The position numbers and the translations under genes are program-made. 42,224 bases of DNA from a virus (taxonomy: Duplodnaviria; Caudoviricetes): positions 1-42,224 of the IMG/VR virus record IMGVR_UViG_3300037424_002673; one strand, written 5' to 3'. The first letter of the stretch is position 1; each line of letters starts with the position of its first letter. This document shows, piece after piece, positions 25,878-35,102 of this stretch. The notes under the pieces were generated by a model. It saw only the letters and a program-made list of their open reading frames with translations. It had not been told where the DNA came from and searched no databases.

Positions 25878-28800
25878 ATGGTGAACGTCATGGACAGTTA
25901 CACTCTGCCTGTTGATGCATTTGTGCGATCGTTCGCTGTGGATCGAGGTTCGCCGTACGCGGTATTCCTCGGGGCAGGGGCATCGATTTCGTCCGGTGTG
26001 CCATCAGCCGAGAAATGCATCTGGGAGTGGAAGCGGTCCATCTTTCTTTCACACCATCCGGGGCTAGAGAAACAGTTCGGTGAGCTATCGCTCGCAGGTG
26101 TGAAGGATCGCATCCAGGTGTGGTTGGACGGTACAGGAGCCCACCCGCCGCGTGACGATCCGGCGGAGTACGGGCACTACATCGAGACGTGCTATCCAAT
26201 CGAAGAACACCGGCGACAGTACTTCCGCAAGAAGCTCCAGAATGTGCAACCGTACGTGGGCTACCGCCTATTGTGCTTCTTGGCGCAACTGGGAACCGTT
26301 CGGTCGATCTGGACCACGAACTTTGATGGCTTGACGGCTAAGGCCGGTGTGAATGCGACTGTTGAGCCGATTGAAGTGGGGATTGATTCGGCAGACGCGA
26401 GGTTACCTCGGCAACGACGTGATGGTGAACTGCTTTGCGTCTCATTGCACGGGGACTACCGCTACGATCCGCTGAAGAATACGGAAGAGGAATTGCAGGA
26501 TCAGGATCGCGCATTGCGGGTGGCAATGATCGAGGAGATGAAGGACACCTCCTGCATCTGCATTGGTTATAGCGGGCGTGATGGGTCTGTGATGAAAGCA
26601 TTAAGCGATGCTTTCACGCAGACGGGAACCGGTGCTCTGTACTGGTGCATCTACGGTGACGCGGAACCGCCGGGAGTCGTGGTTGATTTGATACGTCGTG
26701 CGAGGCGCGCAGGCCGCGAGGCACATATTGTTCCGACGGCAGGATTCGATGACGTAATGGACCGGTTGGCGCGCCACGCGGCCACTGATACGGAACGAGG
26801 CGCTGTCGAGAGCATTTTGTCGGAGTACGCTGACGAGCAGCGACTACAGCGTGGCGTGTTCAGCTTACCGCAACATGCAAGCAGCTCGGTGATCAAGAGC
26901 AATGCGTTCATCATTCAGTGTCCTGGAGAGGTGTTTGCATTCAATCTGACTGAGTGGCCATCGGAGCGTGTCTGGCAGTGGCTGCGGACACGGGCCGGAG
27001 AGTACATGCTAGCGGCCGTTCCTCTCAGCGGGCAGGTCCTCGCGCTTGGCACGATTGATGACATACGGGCCGCGTTTGGGGACGCCGTCGATGGACAAAT
27101 TCAGAGGACCCCGGTGCAGGATCAGGACTACCGCTACGAAGATGGAGCGATTGTGTCGCTGATGGTGAGCGCGCTTGCAAAGGCGTTAGCGAAGGAAGTG
27201 GGCGTGCGGACCGATGGGAGGCGGATGCTGTGGGACACGCGGCCGAGCGACAAGGCGGGGGGCAGTGATCCGGACGTACAGGTGTTCGATGCGGTCGAAC
27301 TATCGTTGCGGCGGATAGGAGGCAGGACATGTCTGGTATTGACGCCCACCCTCTATCTGGAGAATGCGGATGGCAGCACTCCTGAACGAGAGGTGGTTCA
27401 GCGCATACGTTTCCACCGGCTGAGCGGACAGTACAACAGCCAATTCAACGATGCTGTAAACCGATGGCGTGAGAGACTACTGGGAAAGGGCGACTCATAC
27501 AGGGAACTGGAGTTTCCACCGGGCACAGGGGCAGGTTTCCGGTACCGCATCAGACGCGCGCCGATTTTTGCGGAAATTGGTGAACCAGGGCGCAGGACAA
27601 GCATCAAGTTCAAGAACGTACAGCCAAGTCTGCTGCAACAATACGGCGTACGTATCGAGGAGCCACCCTTGTTATTCGCTAGCAAGGATGGCAACAGGAT
27701 CTGTTCCGATTCGCATCCGATTCGCGGCATCACAAAAAATCGACCGTATGACTATTCGCTAACACTGCGGGGGCTGGATGAAGCCGTTCGGCTTGGTGTG
27801 ATCTGCCCGGCGCAAGAAGAGAAGGGTCTTCACGAGTACCTGCACCAGGCGCTTCGCAGTCACCGGACAGCACCACGGCCGGTCTATCTGCAGGATTATC
27901 CTGGGTTTCATCAAGCCTACGGTCTGCCGTTGGAGGTCCCTGAACCAGGATCGTCAGGGTGGTATTGTTGCCCTGAGCCAGACGAAAGCAGTCCGGAAGA
28001 AGGCGCTGTGAGTCTGGGGCGTGCCATCACAACGGCTGCTAAACAGCTACAGGCAGCGGCAGCACCTGATGCGGTCATCATCTACATTCCGGACCGTTGG
28101 AGTTGGTATCGCGGATACCGAACGAACGATGAGCGATTCGATTTACACGATTACGTAAAGGCGTTCTGCGTGCAACGCGGGCTTGCGAGCCAGTTTTTGA
28201 ACGAAGATACGCTGCGGGATGGTGATCAGTGTCGTGTGTGGTGGTGGCTTTCACTTGCTCTCTACGTGAAGAGCATGAGGACGCCATGGGTGCTTGGGGG
28301 GATGGACGATGACACGGCCTTTGTGGGGATCGGGTACAGCGTTGATCTGTCGAGGGATCGCGGGCGGCATGTCGTCCTTGGATGCAGTCACATTTACAGC
28401 GCCAGCGGTGAGGGCCTGCAATACCGCCTAAGCAAGATTGAGCAGCCGACGATCGTCAGGGGCAATCCATTCATGTCCCAGGAAGACGCCCGGCGTGTCG
28501 GCGAAACCATCCGGCACCTGTTTTACGAGTCGCGAACTGCATTGCCGCGTCGTGTAGTGCTGCACAAGCGAACCCCATTCCGGCGCGAAGAACGGGAGGG
28601 CTTGGGGCAGGGGCTGGCTGGTGTGAAAGATATCGACATGGTGGAAGTGAGTATCGACGGGGCCATGCGTTATGTGGCATCGCACGTGAACGATGGGGTG
28701 GTCCAGGTCGATCGGTATCCGGTTCGCAGAGGAACAACCGTGAAGCTGGATGACTATGCGGCTTTGAGCTGGGTGCATGGGGTCACGGAATCGGTCACAC

Positions 28801-29048
28801 CGGGGCGACAGCACTATCAAGGCGGGCGGCGCATTCCTACGCCGCTCGTGTTGCGACGGTATGCAGGTCACACGCCGCTTGAACAGCTCGCCCGCGAGGT
28901 TATGGGTTTGTCGAAGATGGATTGGAACACGTTCGATATGTACACGAAGCTCCCAGCAACGCTCCAGTCTTCGGGGGAGATAGCAAAGATTGGATCACTG
29001 TTGGAGCGGTTTGGCTCGGGTTCATACGACTACCGGCTGTTCATGTAA
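25878..29048 (+). CDS. Fused SIR2-APAZ-short prokaryotic Argonaute (SPARSA-type)
   Basis: SIR2 motifs FLGAGASISSG, WTTNFD, LHGDY, IGYSGRD. MID/PIWI motifs DLHDYVKA..SQFL, LALYVKS..PW, FVGIGY (no catalytic Asp), VVLHK, RGT, LSKMDWN. Confidence 0.92.
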   Translation: MVNVMDSYTLPVDAFVRSFAVDRGSPYAVFLGAGASISSGVPSAEKCIWEWKRSIFLSHHPGLEKQFGELSLAGVKDRIQVWLDGTGAHPPRDDPAEYGHYIETCYPIEEHRRQYFRKKLQNVQPYVGYRLLCFLAQLGTVRSIWTTNFDGLTAKAGVNATVEPIEVGIDSADARLPRQRRDGELLCVSLHGDYRYDPLKNTEEELQDQDRALRVAMIEEMKDTSCICIGYSGRDGSVMKALSDAFTQTGTGALYWCIYGDAEPPGVVVDLIRRARRAGREAHIVPTAGFDDVMDRLARHAATDTERGAVESILSEYADEQRLQRGVFSLPQHASSSVIKSNAFIIQCPGEVFAFNLTEWPSERVWQWLRTRAGEYMLAAVPLSGQVLALGTIDDIRAAFGDAVDGQIQRTPVQDQDYRYEDGAIVSLMVSALAKALAKEVGVRTDGRRMLWDTRPSDKAGGSDPDVQVFDAVELSLRRIGGRTCLVLTPTLYLENADGSTPEREVVQRIRFHRLSGQYNSQFNDAVNRWRERLLGKGDSYRELEFPPGTGAGFRYRIRRAPIFAEIGEPGRRTSIKFKNVQPSLLQQYGVRIEEPPLLFASKDGNRICSDSHPIRGITKNRPYDYSLTLRGLDEAVRLGVICPAQEEKGLHEYLHQALRSHRTAPRPVYLQDYPGFHQAYGLPLEVPEPGSSGWYCCPEPDESSPEEGAVSLGRAITTAAKQLQAAAAPDAVIIYIPDRWSWYRGYRTNDERFDLHDYVKAFCVQRGLASQFLNEDTLRDGDQCRVWWWLSLALYVKSMRTPWVLGGMDDDTAFVGIGYSVDLSRDRGRHVVLGCSHIYSASGEGLQYRLSKIEQPTIVRGNPFMSQEDARRVGETIRHLFYESRTALPRRVVLHKRTPFRREEREGLGQGLAGVKDIDMVEVSIDGAMRYVASHVNDGVVQVDRYPVRRGTTVKLDDYAALSWVHGVTESVTPGRQHYQGGRRIPTPLVLRRYAGHTPLEQLAREVMGLSKMDWNTFDMYTKLPATLQSSGEIAKIGSLLERFGSGSYDYRLFM

Positions 29049-29275
29049 GTATCGCAATATTCTCGGGCCGGCACTACGCCCCGGTTCGGGCAGGTAGTGA
29101 CGTGCGACGGTGCTGCTCGCCGCAGGGCCGCTTCCTCAACGTCATTCAAGCGCATCATGAGCATGATGCCCCGCCCATACCGCCGCAGATGCAGCCACCT
29201 GCGGGCCTTACGCGGCGGATGGCGATTTTGTAGCGACGGCACATGTGCTGCCTACCCATCGCGCCATCCTGCTTG

Positions 29276-29317
29276 CCATAACCGTAAGGTCGTGATTTTG
29301 ACCTGGACGCCTTCCAC
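29276..29317 (+). repeat. 42-bp imperfect direct repeat, copy 2
   Basis: ccataaccgtaaggtcgtgattttgacctggacgccttccac. Confidence 0.85.
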
Positions 29318-29350
29318 TTCGAGCGCAACCTCCCCATAACCCGAGCCTCT

Positions 29351-29768
29351 GTCTCTGCCGGGTGAAGAGAGACTTCGGGCCGAGACGGGTGAATCGGGCG
29401 TCGTGGACCGCTGATCCGGTTATGGCGTGCGGCGAACCAGAGACACGGCCCGGAAAGGCTGCCGGTCGTAACCCGTTGCGGGAACTGGCGTAGAAAGCGA
29501 AAACGCCGGCACGTCTCTGCGCCGGCGTTTGCCGTTAACTGGAGGGCCGGTGAGTTTTGCAACCGGCCTGGTAATAGTGTGTGCGCAACCGCCTTAGAGA
29601 CAATCACTTATATGCCGTTATCTTGACCCATGCACGGTCAATCTCCAGCGACTTTGGGGCTTGCGAACGACGGGGAAACGGTCTCGCGCGATTGCCGACC
29701 TGAGACTGATGATGATGCCATAAACATTGATCACGTCGTGGCCTTGGGCTGGCCAGTCTCAAAGTCTC
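29351..29768. repeat. Cluster of 10 GAGAC/GTCTC pentamers
   Basis: Copies start at 29351, 29369, 29382, 29440, 29513, 29597, 29681, 29702, 29756 and 29764. Confidence 0.7.
29501..29530. terminator. Perfect 10-bp hairpin, terminator-like
   Basis: aaacgccggc-N10-gccggcgttt. Confidence 0.55.
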
Positions 29769-29991
29769 ATAGCGTTGGACGTTCCGTCCGCTTCTCCTCG
29801 ACCTTCGACAGAATCGTAGATGCCTTGACGCCAAGAATGTCGCAGAGTCGGAAAAGCGTATCGACGGTTGGGGATTGCTGGCCGCGCTCCAGCTTGCTGA
29901 CATATTCGCGGGAAAGCTTGGCTCGTGCCGCGAGTTCCTCTTGTGTCAGTCCTGCTTGATGTCTCGCAGCCTTGAGCGTTTCGCCCAGCAT
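29767..29991 (-). CDS. XRE-family HTH transcriptional regulator
   Basis: LKAARHQAGLTQEELAARAKLSREYVSKLERGQQSPTVDTL. Confidence 0.9.
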   Translation of the reverse strand: MLGETLKAARHQAGLTQEELAARAKLSREYVSKLERGQQSPTVDTLFRLCDILGVKASTILSKVEEKRTERPTL

Positions 29992-30191
29992 GTCGCGACG
30001 GTAAGTATCGACCGCCGCCTTGTCTGTGAACTATAGTACGCGCTATACATTTCCTGACATTGTCCCAAGCAGTGTTCCGGCCCGAGTTCGCGGCCACGGT
30101 CAGACTCGCCCACCGCACCCGTTGATGCACCGGGCTATCCGGGCCGGCCCAGGCTCTGTGGTCGCGTCGCCAGCGGCCTTGGGAGTCTGCA

Positions 30192-30662
30192 ATGTCACCT
30201 GCGACTGCACGCCGAATCGCGCTGTTGACGAACCAACTTGCTGAAACCCTCATGACTGCGGCGTTGTGCGCCGAGGAAATTAGGGCCGCTACGCTTGCCG
30301 AGCTTGATGGCGATGGCCTCGGCCTGGCCGACCGTCCCGGCCTCGGGCTGGTCCCGCTCGGATGGAATGGCCGGCATCGACCCCTTCTCGACGAGTCGAC
30401 GATGTGCGTCGTGTGGGAGGGCAAGACAGTTCATCTGGGCCACACGGTTGCATTCCGCCTGCTCGCCCGCCTGGCACGCCACCCCAACCAGTACGTCACG
30501 CATCTTGATCTTCTCGAGGACGTCTGGGACGGCGAGGACCGTGAGATCACGACCATTCGGAGCACGGTGCGCCATCTCCAGCGGAAGCTTCGCGCGGGCG
30601 GTATGCCGGAACTCGCGGCGGCGATCCGCGGGCACAACGGGCGCTACATGCTCGAACTCTAG
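30192..30662 (+). CDS. Winged-helix (OmpR/PhoB-type C-terminal domain) protein
   Basis: FRLLARLARHPNQYVTHLDLLEDVW...TIRSTVRHLQRKLR...GRYML. Confidence 0.8.
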   Translation: MSPATARRIALLTNQLAETLMTAALCAEEIRAATLAELDGDGLGLADRPGLGLVPLGWNGRHRPLLDESTMCVVWEGKTVHLGHTVAFRLLARLARHPNQYVTHLDLLEDVWDGEDREITTIRSTVRHLQRKLRAGGMPELAAAIRGHNGRYMLEL

Positions 30663-30794
30663 CGATTGTCGGTTGCACAGAGACTGCACGCGAATGCCTC
30701 GCTGGATTGCACAGATGTGACGCATACTGGTCATGCCATGAGCGAATGATCGTGGTACGGCCGTAGACGCATCGGTCTGGTCAAAGAGGCTTCG

Positions 30795-32336
30795 ATGAAC
30801 TTGACAGCGCGGCACAATCAGCGCCCTTGGTGGGAGACGCAACAAAAGGACGCAACTCCGCCTACTCCACGCTACCGGGCCGTGGCGTACTACCGGCACT
30901 CCGCTCGGGATCGCCAGGAGAATTCCGTCGCCATCCAGCAGGAGCTGGTGCGAAAGTGGGCGCAGGAAAACGGCGTCGACATCATCCACGAGTTTGCCGA
31001 TCGCGGGAAGTCCGGACTTACGGCTGAGGGACGAGATGACTTCAACGACATGATGAACAACTGGGTCAAGCAGAAGGACGACTTCAACTTCGTCCTCTGC
31101 CTGGACGTCAGCCGATGGGGCCGGTTCCAGGACATTGATCTTTCGGCCACGTACAGCGCCGAGTGCAAGAAGCATGGCAAAGACGTCATTTACACGACAC
31201 TGGGCATGCCGCGACCTGACGATCCTCTTTACCCCGTCTACTTGCAATTCGAACGATTTCGCGCCGCCCAGTACAGCAAGGAACTGAGCGTCAAGGTATT
31301 CCACGGCTGTATCACCATCGCCAAGCAGGGATACTGGGCCGGAGGTAAGCCGCCGTACGGGTATGATCGTCTTCTGTTGGATGAGGCGCGAAAGCCGCTC
31401 CACGTCCTCGAACCACATCAGAAGAAAGGGATTCAGAACCAGCGGGTCACGCTCACGCCTGGTGACGCGGAGCACGTTGCAGCGGTGCGTCGGATCTTTG
31501 AGGAGTTCGTCCAGGCCGGACCGACCAATCACCTGGTGGCCCTACAGGAAGCCATCGCCGACGGGCTGAACCGTGACCGCATCCGATCGCCAGGGGGGTC
31601 GGCGTGGGACGCTTCAAAGGTACGGCGGATACTGACCAACCCGATGTACGCCGGCACCTTGGTCTACAACAAAACCACCCAGAAGCTGAAGACGCCTTCC
31701 CGGCGCAATCCTGAAGAGCAGTGGATTAAGACAAGCGGTGCGTTCGACCCGGTGGTTGATCCCGAGTTGTTCCAGCAGGCGCAGTTCATCTTCGCACAGG
31801 CGGCACTGCAGTATACCCCTGAGGTGATGATCACCCACTTGGAGCGCATCCATCGTAAGTTTGGCTTCGTCCGAGCCTCGTTTTTGCGGGCCGATGAGGC
31901 GAGCCCCAGCGCGTCAACCTATACGAAACATTTCAAGTCCTTGGATACGGCATACCAGCGGGTCTTCAGCAGCACGCTGATCGAAATCGCCCAGGAGGTT
32001 GAGGCAACGCTCCGCGATCAAGTCGACCAGATCGAACGTTACGACGACTTTCTGGTCATCAACCGCAGCTTCACAGTTTTGGTCCAGCCATCGGTGCCGG
32101 TCCCCTACGGCTATCAGCAGTACTGGTATTTCCGCCCCGATCTTCGCAGCATGATCGACATCACACTTGGGGTACCGGTGTCGGGGGCCGATGGACCGCG
32201 CATCCTGGGCTATCTAGCGCTTCCCCGTCTGCTCGTCCAAAATCGAGGCATCCGGCTATTTGGCTCCTCCGAAACACGTCTCAGCATGTACGGGCACGCG
32301 GGACTCGAAATCATCACCCAACTGGCGAGGGCATAA
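30795..32336 (+). CDS. Serine recombinase family protein
   Basis: AVAYYRHS (catalytic Ser), DRGKSG, DVSRWGR, YSKELS, GGKPPYGY, ILTNPMYAG. Confidence 0.9.
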   Translation: MNLTARHNQRPWWETQQKDATPPTPRYRAVAYYRHSARDRQENSVAIQQELVRKWAQENGVDIIHEFADRGKSGLTAEGRDDFNDMMNNWVKQKDDFNFVLCLDVSRWGRFQDIDLSATYSAECKKHGKDVIYTTLGMPRPDDPLYPVYLQFERFRAAQYSKELSVKVFHGCITIAKQGYWAGGKPPYGYDRLLLDEARKPLHVLEPHQKKGIQNQRVTLTPGDAEHVAAVRRIFEEFVQAGPTNHLVALQEAIADGLNRDRIRSPGGSAWDASKVRRILTNPMYAGTLVYNKTTQKLKTPSRRNPEEQWIKTSGAFDPVVDPELFQQAQFIFAQAALQYTPEVMITHLERIHRKFGFVRASFLRADEASPSASTYTKHFKSLDTAYQRVFSSTLIEIAQEVEATLRDQVDQIERYDDFLVINRSFTVLVQPSVPVPYGYQQYWYFRPDLRSMIDITLGVPVSGADGPRILGYLALPRLLVQNRGIRLFGSSETRLSMYGHAGLEIITQLARA

Positions 32337-33223
32337 TGAACCAACCACTGATCGTCCTGATGAAGGACCGACGCCGCGAGATGATCCCAATCGACATGAT
32401 CAAGGTCCCCAATCACCGTGACCGTGACGAGGAGCAGTTCTCCCTCAACGTCCAGAGCATTGAGTCCATCGGGCAGGTCAAGGACATCCGCGTCAACGAC
32501 AAGTACCTAGATTCAAGCGGCTTCTATGAGTTGATCTTCGGCGAAGGCCGGTTGATTGCTCAGCAGCGGTTGGGCCAGACGCACGTGCGGGCGGAGGTCG
32601 TCACCTACCCACGGAAGCAAGCGCTGCTCGAATCGTTGGTCGAGAATATCGCTCGCAGCCGGCCGGCGACAATGGAGTATGCGCGTGAGCTGCGGGCCCT
32701 GCACGACGAAGGCTGGTCTTACGCGAAGATCGCCAATATCGCCTGCCGAAGTGAGGAGTACATCCGAGGCATCATCGGCCTGGTCGAGAACGGTGAGGAG
32801 CGTCTGATCAATGGTGTCGAGAGCGGGTTGTTCCCGATCTCATTCGCGATCCTGGTCGCCCAAACCAATCATGCCAACATCCAGAACGTGCTGATGGACG
32901 CCTTCGACCAGGGAATCGTCGGCTGTCAGAACTTCGCCAAGATCAGAGCAATCATCAACGCTCGGTTGAACGGCAAATCTCGCGGCAAGGGAAGTGGCCC
33001 CAGCGCCAAGTACTCGCTGAAGACGCTGACCAGTGATATCACCGCTACCACGCAAGCCAAGGACTCTTACGTCCGCGAAGCCCAGGGCAAGGAGAGCCGG
33101 CTGTTCACGATCCTCGATGGCCTGGAGCAATTGGCCAAAGACGAGCAATGGCGTGGACTGCTGGAAGCGGAAGGCCTGGCCAAACGGCCTGCGCTGTCTG
33201 GCAACTACGCCGTCGGTCCATAG
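32336..33223 (+). CDS. ParB/RepB-like protein
   Basis: IPIDMIKVPN, SIESIGQVKDI, YELIFGEGRLIA, SLVENIAR, followed by an HTH. Confidence 0.8.
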   Translation: MNQPLIVLMKDRRREMIPIDMIKVPNHRDRDEEQFSLNVQSIESIGQVKDIRVNDKYLDSSGFYELIFGEGRLIAQQRLGQTHVRAEVVTYPRKQALLESLVENIARSRPATMEYARELRALHDEGWSYAKIANIACRSEEYIRGIIGLVENGEERLINGVESGLFPISFAILVAQTNHANIQNVLMDAFDQGIVGCQNFAKIRAIINARLNGKSRGKGSGPSAKYSLKTLTSDITATTQAKDSYVREAQGKESRLFTILDGLEQLAKDEQWRGLLEAEGLAKRPALSGNYAVGP

Positions 33224-33247
33224 CCCCTGAGCGGAAAGGCCGCCGTC

Positions 33248-34087
33248 ATGATCGATTCAGAAGCCATGGACATCCCGATCATTCGTTTGCGTCCGCTGCG
33301 GGAACGAAGCATCAGTAAGCGCGACTACGACCGAATCGCAGCCTCGGTCAAAGCCCTTGGGCTACTGGAGCCCTTGGTCGTGTACCCAGAGGGCGAAGAC
33401 TACATCATCCTTGATGGCGTGCAGCGGTACCGCATTCTTTTGGAGATGGGGGTAGAGCTGGTTCCCTGCGTCCTGGGCAAACAGCGGGAGGCGTTCACCT
33501 GCAACCGCATGGTGAACCGCCTATCGCCTCTCCAGGAACACCGGATGATTAAGACGTCGCTGGAGAAGAACCTCGATGAGAAGACGATCGCCAACGCGCT
33601 GGGCACCGCGGGCATCGGGCACCGCCTCAAGAAGTCGCTGATCAGCCAATTGCATCCAGACGTCGCAGCGGCATTCGACGAGGGGAAGGTGAGTCGCGGC
33701 TGCGCGCGAGAGATGACCTTCATTAAACCGGCGCGTCAGCGTGAAATCCTCACGGCAATGGAGGGGTACAAGGATTTCAGCACCGCATTTGCCAGGGCCC
33801 TGGTGCTTAAGACGCCGCCAGCGCAGCGAGAGACGCGCCGCCGAAAAAGCAATCCCTGGGATCAGAAAGCCCAGCGAAAGAACGATCTGATCAAGAAGCT
33901 CGCCGAGGCCGAGGAGAAGCACGATTTCTACTCGCGCCTCTACAAGCAATACACCGTGGACCTCCTACGAATTGCGATCTATGCCCGATCGGTGGTCACC
34001 AATGTTCGCCTTCGGGCCTATCTGGAAGAGCACTATCCGGACATCGTCGTGCGTTTTGAGACGATCATCGCCGATGCAAAAGGATAG
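33248..34087 (+). CDS. ParB N-terminal domain / RepB-like protein
   Basis: SVKALGLLEPLVV, ILDGVQR, NRMVNRLSPLQEH, HTH IANALG. Confidence 0.8.
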   Translation: MIDSEAMDIPIIRLRPLRERSISKRDYDRIAASVKALGLLEPLVVYPEGEDYIILDGVQRYRILLEMGVELVPCVLGKQREAFTCNRMVNRLSPLQEHRMIKTSLEKNLDEKTIANALGTAGIGHRLKKSLISQLHPDVAAAFDEGKVSRGCAREMTFIKPARQREILTAMEGYKDFSTAFARALVLKTPPAQRETRRRKSNPWDQKAQRKNDLIKKLAEAEEKHDFYSRLYKQYTVDLLRIAIYARSVVTNVRLRAYLEEHYPDIVVRFETIIADAKG

Positions 34088-34091
34088 ACAC

Positions 34092-35051
34092 ATGCACCGA
34101 CGATGGACCCGCAAGACCATCATTCAGGAGATCATCCAGCGGGAAGCTACGGGCCTCTCGCTGTCAGCGAGTCCCCGAGCCGGCGTCGACGCCTCCCTGT
34201 ACCAAGCCGCCAAGCGTGTTTACGGATCGTGGCAGGAGGCGTTGCTCGCTGCAGGGATCGCTCCGGAACGGGCGATGCCCAGTGAGAGATGGCCGCCACA
34301 GAAGATACTGAACACCATTCGCCAACTCGCCAAGCGCAAGCGGCCCGTGAATATCGCCAAGATCAGCAAGCGGTACGTCGGCCTAGTGCCAGCGGCCCGA
34401 CGCGCATTTGGCTCATGGCCCAAAGCTCTGGTCGCCGCCAGCGTCGACCCCGCGAAGTTCTGTTGCCCTGCCCCTTGGTCGCGTGAGAGGGTCATTGAAG
34501 GCATCTTGACCTGTGCGCTCCGAAACGAGCTCCTGGGATCGCGTACCACCGAACCACGCGCACTGGTCGACGCCGCACAGAAGATCTTCGGAACGTGGGC
34601 GGCGGCGAAGAAGGCAGCCGGAGTTGGCTCTTGTGTAGCGGCAGCGTGCCCGGCATCTGAGTTGTCTGGGGAGCGCAGAGTTCGGAAAAGTGCCCTGCCG
34701 AATGGCGATTACCGGCCGGGTCTCGCTCGGTACTCCGCCCCCCTGCATCCTCGGGGCGAACGATGGACCAATGAACTGGTAGGCGCGTCCATTCGTGCGA
34801 GGCTCGATCGCGGGCTACGGATCAATGCCACAGCAGTGAACGACGAAGACAAGGCGCTTTATCGAGCAGCAACGCGCCGCTTCGGTAACTGGACCAACGC
34901 ATTGCTCGCCGCGGGACTGAACCCAAAGGATTTCTGGCGTCATGGCAAGCCGCCATCCGCGAGAGCACGGGAGACCAAGGCGTTGGGTATCGCTGACACC
35001 GACGATGAGACGCACCGGGCGAACGTAATCCCCGGCGAGGAAACAACATGA
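34092..35051 (+). CDS. Protein with four ~55-aa helical repeats (W..E.I...L..AA.R.FGSW..AL.AAG), putative DNA-binding
   Basis: Four clear internal repeats ending YGSWQEALLAAG, FGSWPKALVAAS, FGTWAAAKKAAG and FGNWTNALLAAG. Confidence 0.75.
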   Translation: MHRRWTRKTIIQEIIQREATGLSLSASPRAGVDASLYQAAKRVYGSWQEALLAAGIAPERAMPSERWPPQKILNTIRQLAKRKRPVNIAKISKRYVGLVPAARRAFGSWPKALVAASVDPAKFCCPAPWSRERVIEGILTCALRNELLGSRTTEPRALVDAAQKIFGTWAAAKKAAGVGSCVAAACPASELSGERRVRKSALPNGDYRPGLARYSAPLHPRGERWTNELVGASIRARLDRGLRINATAVNDEDKALYRAATRRFGNWTNALLAAGLNPKDFWRHGKPPSARARETKALGIADTDDETHRANVIPGEETT

Positions 35052-35102
35052 CGCGGCGAGTCGCAAAGTCTCACGTATTTCCATCCGCCGCACGGGCCGA
35101 GC

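Noticed and set aside
29030-29242. 70-aa minus-strand ORF with an RHH-like segment MRLNDVEEAALRRAA
   Set aside because: It overlaps the pAgo 3' end and has no clear family. It may be a truncated remnant, but I cannot support that.
25678-29425. CRISPR or integron array from the CCATAACC repeats
   Set aside because: Only two long copies 3.6 kb apart, with no regular spacers, no attC-like structure and no tyrosine integrase.
29540-29570. Intact tRNA or tmRNA gene
   Set aside because: Only one stem plus CCA, with no cloverleaf and no TTC loop. Kept only as a possible remnant.
30026-30050. C-protein box (actatagt) upstream of the XRE gene
   Set aside because: Only an 8-bp palindrome, and the XRE gene is not adjacent to the R-M genes. 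Too weak to call.
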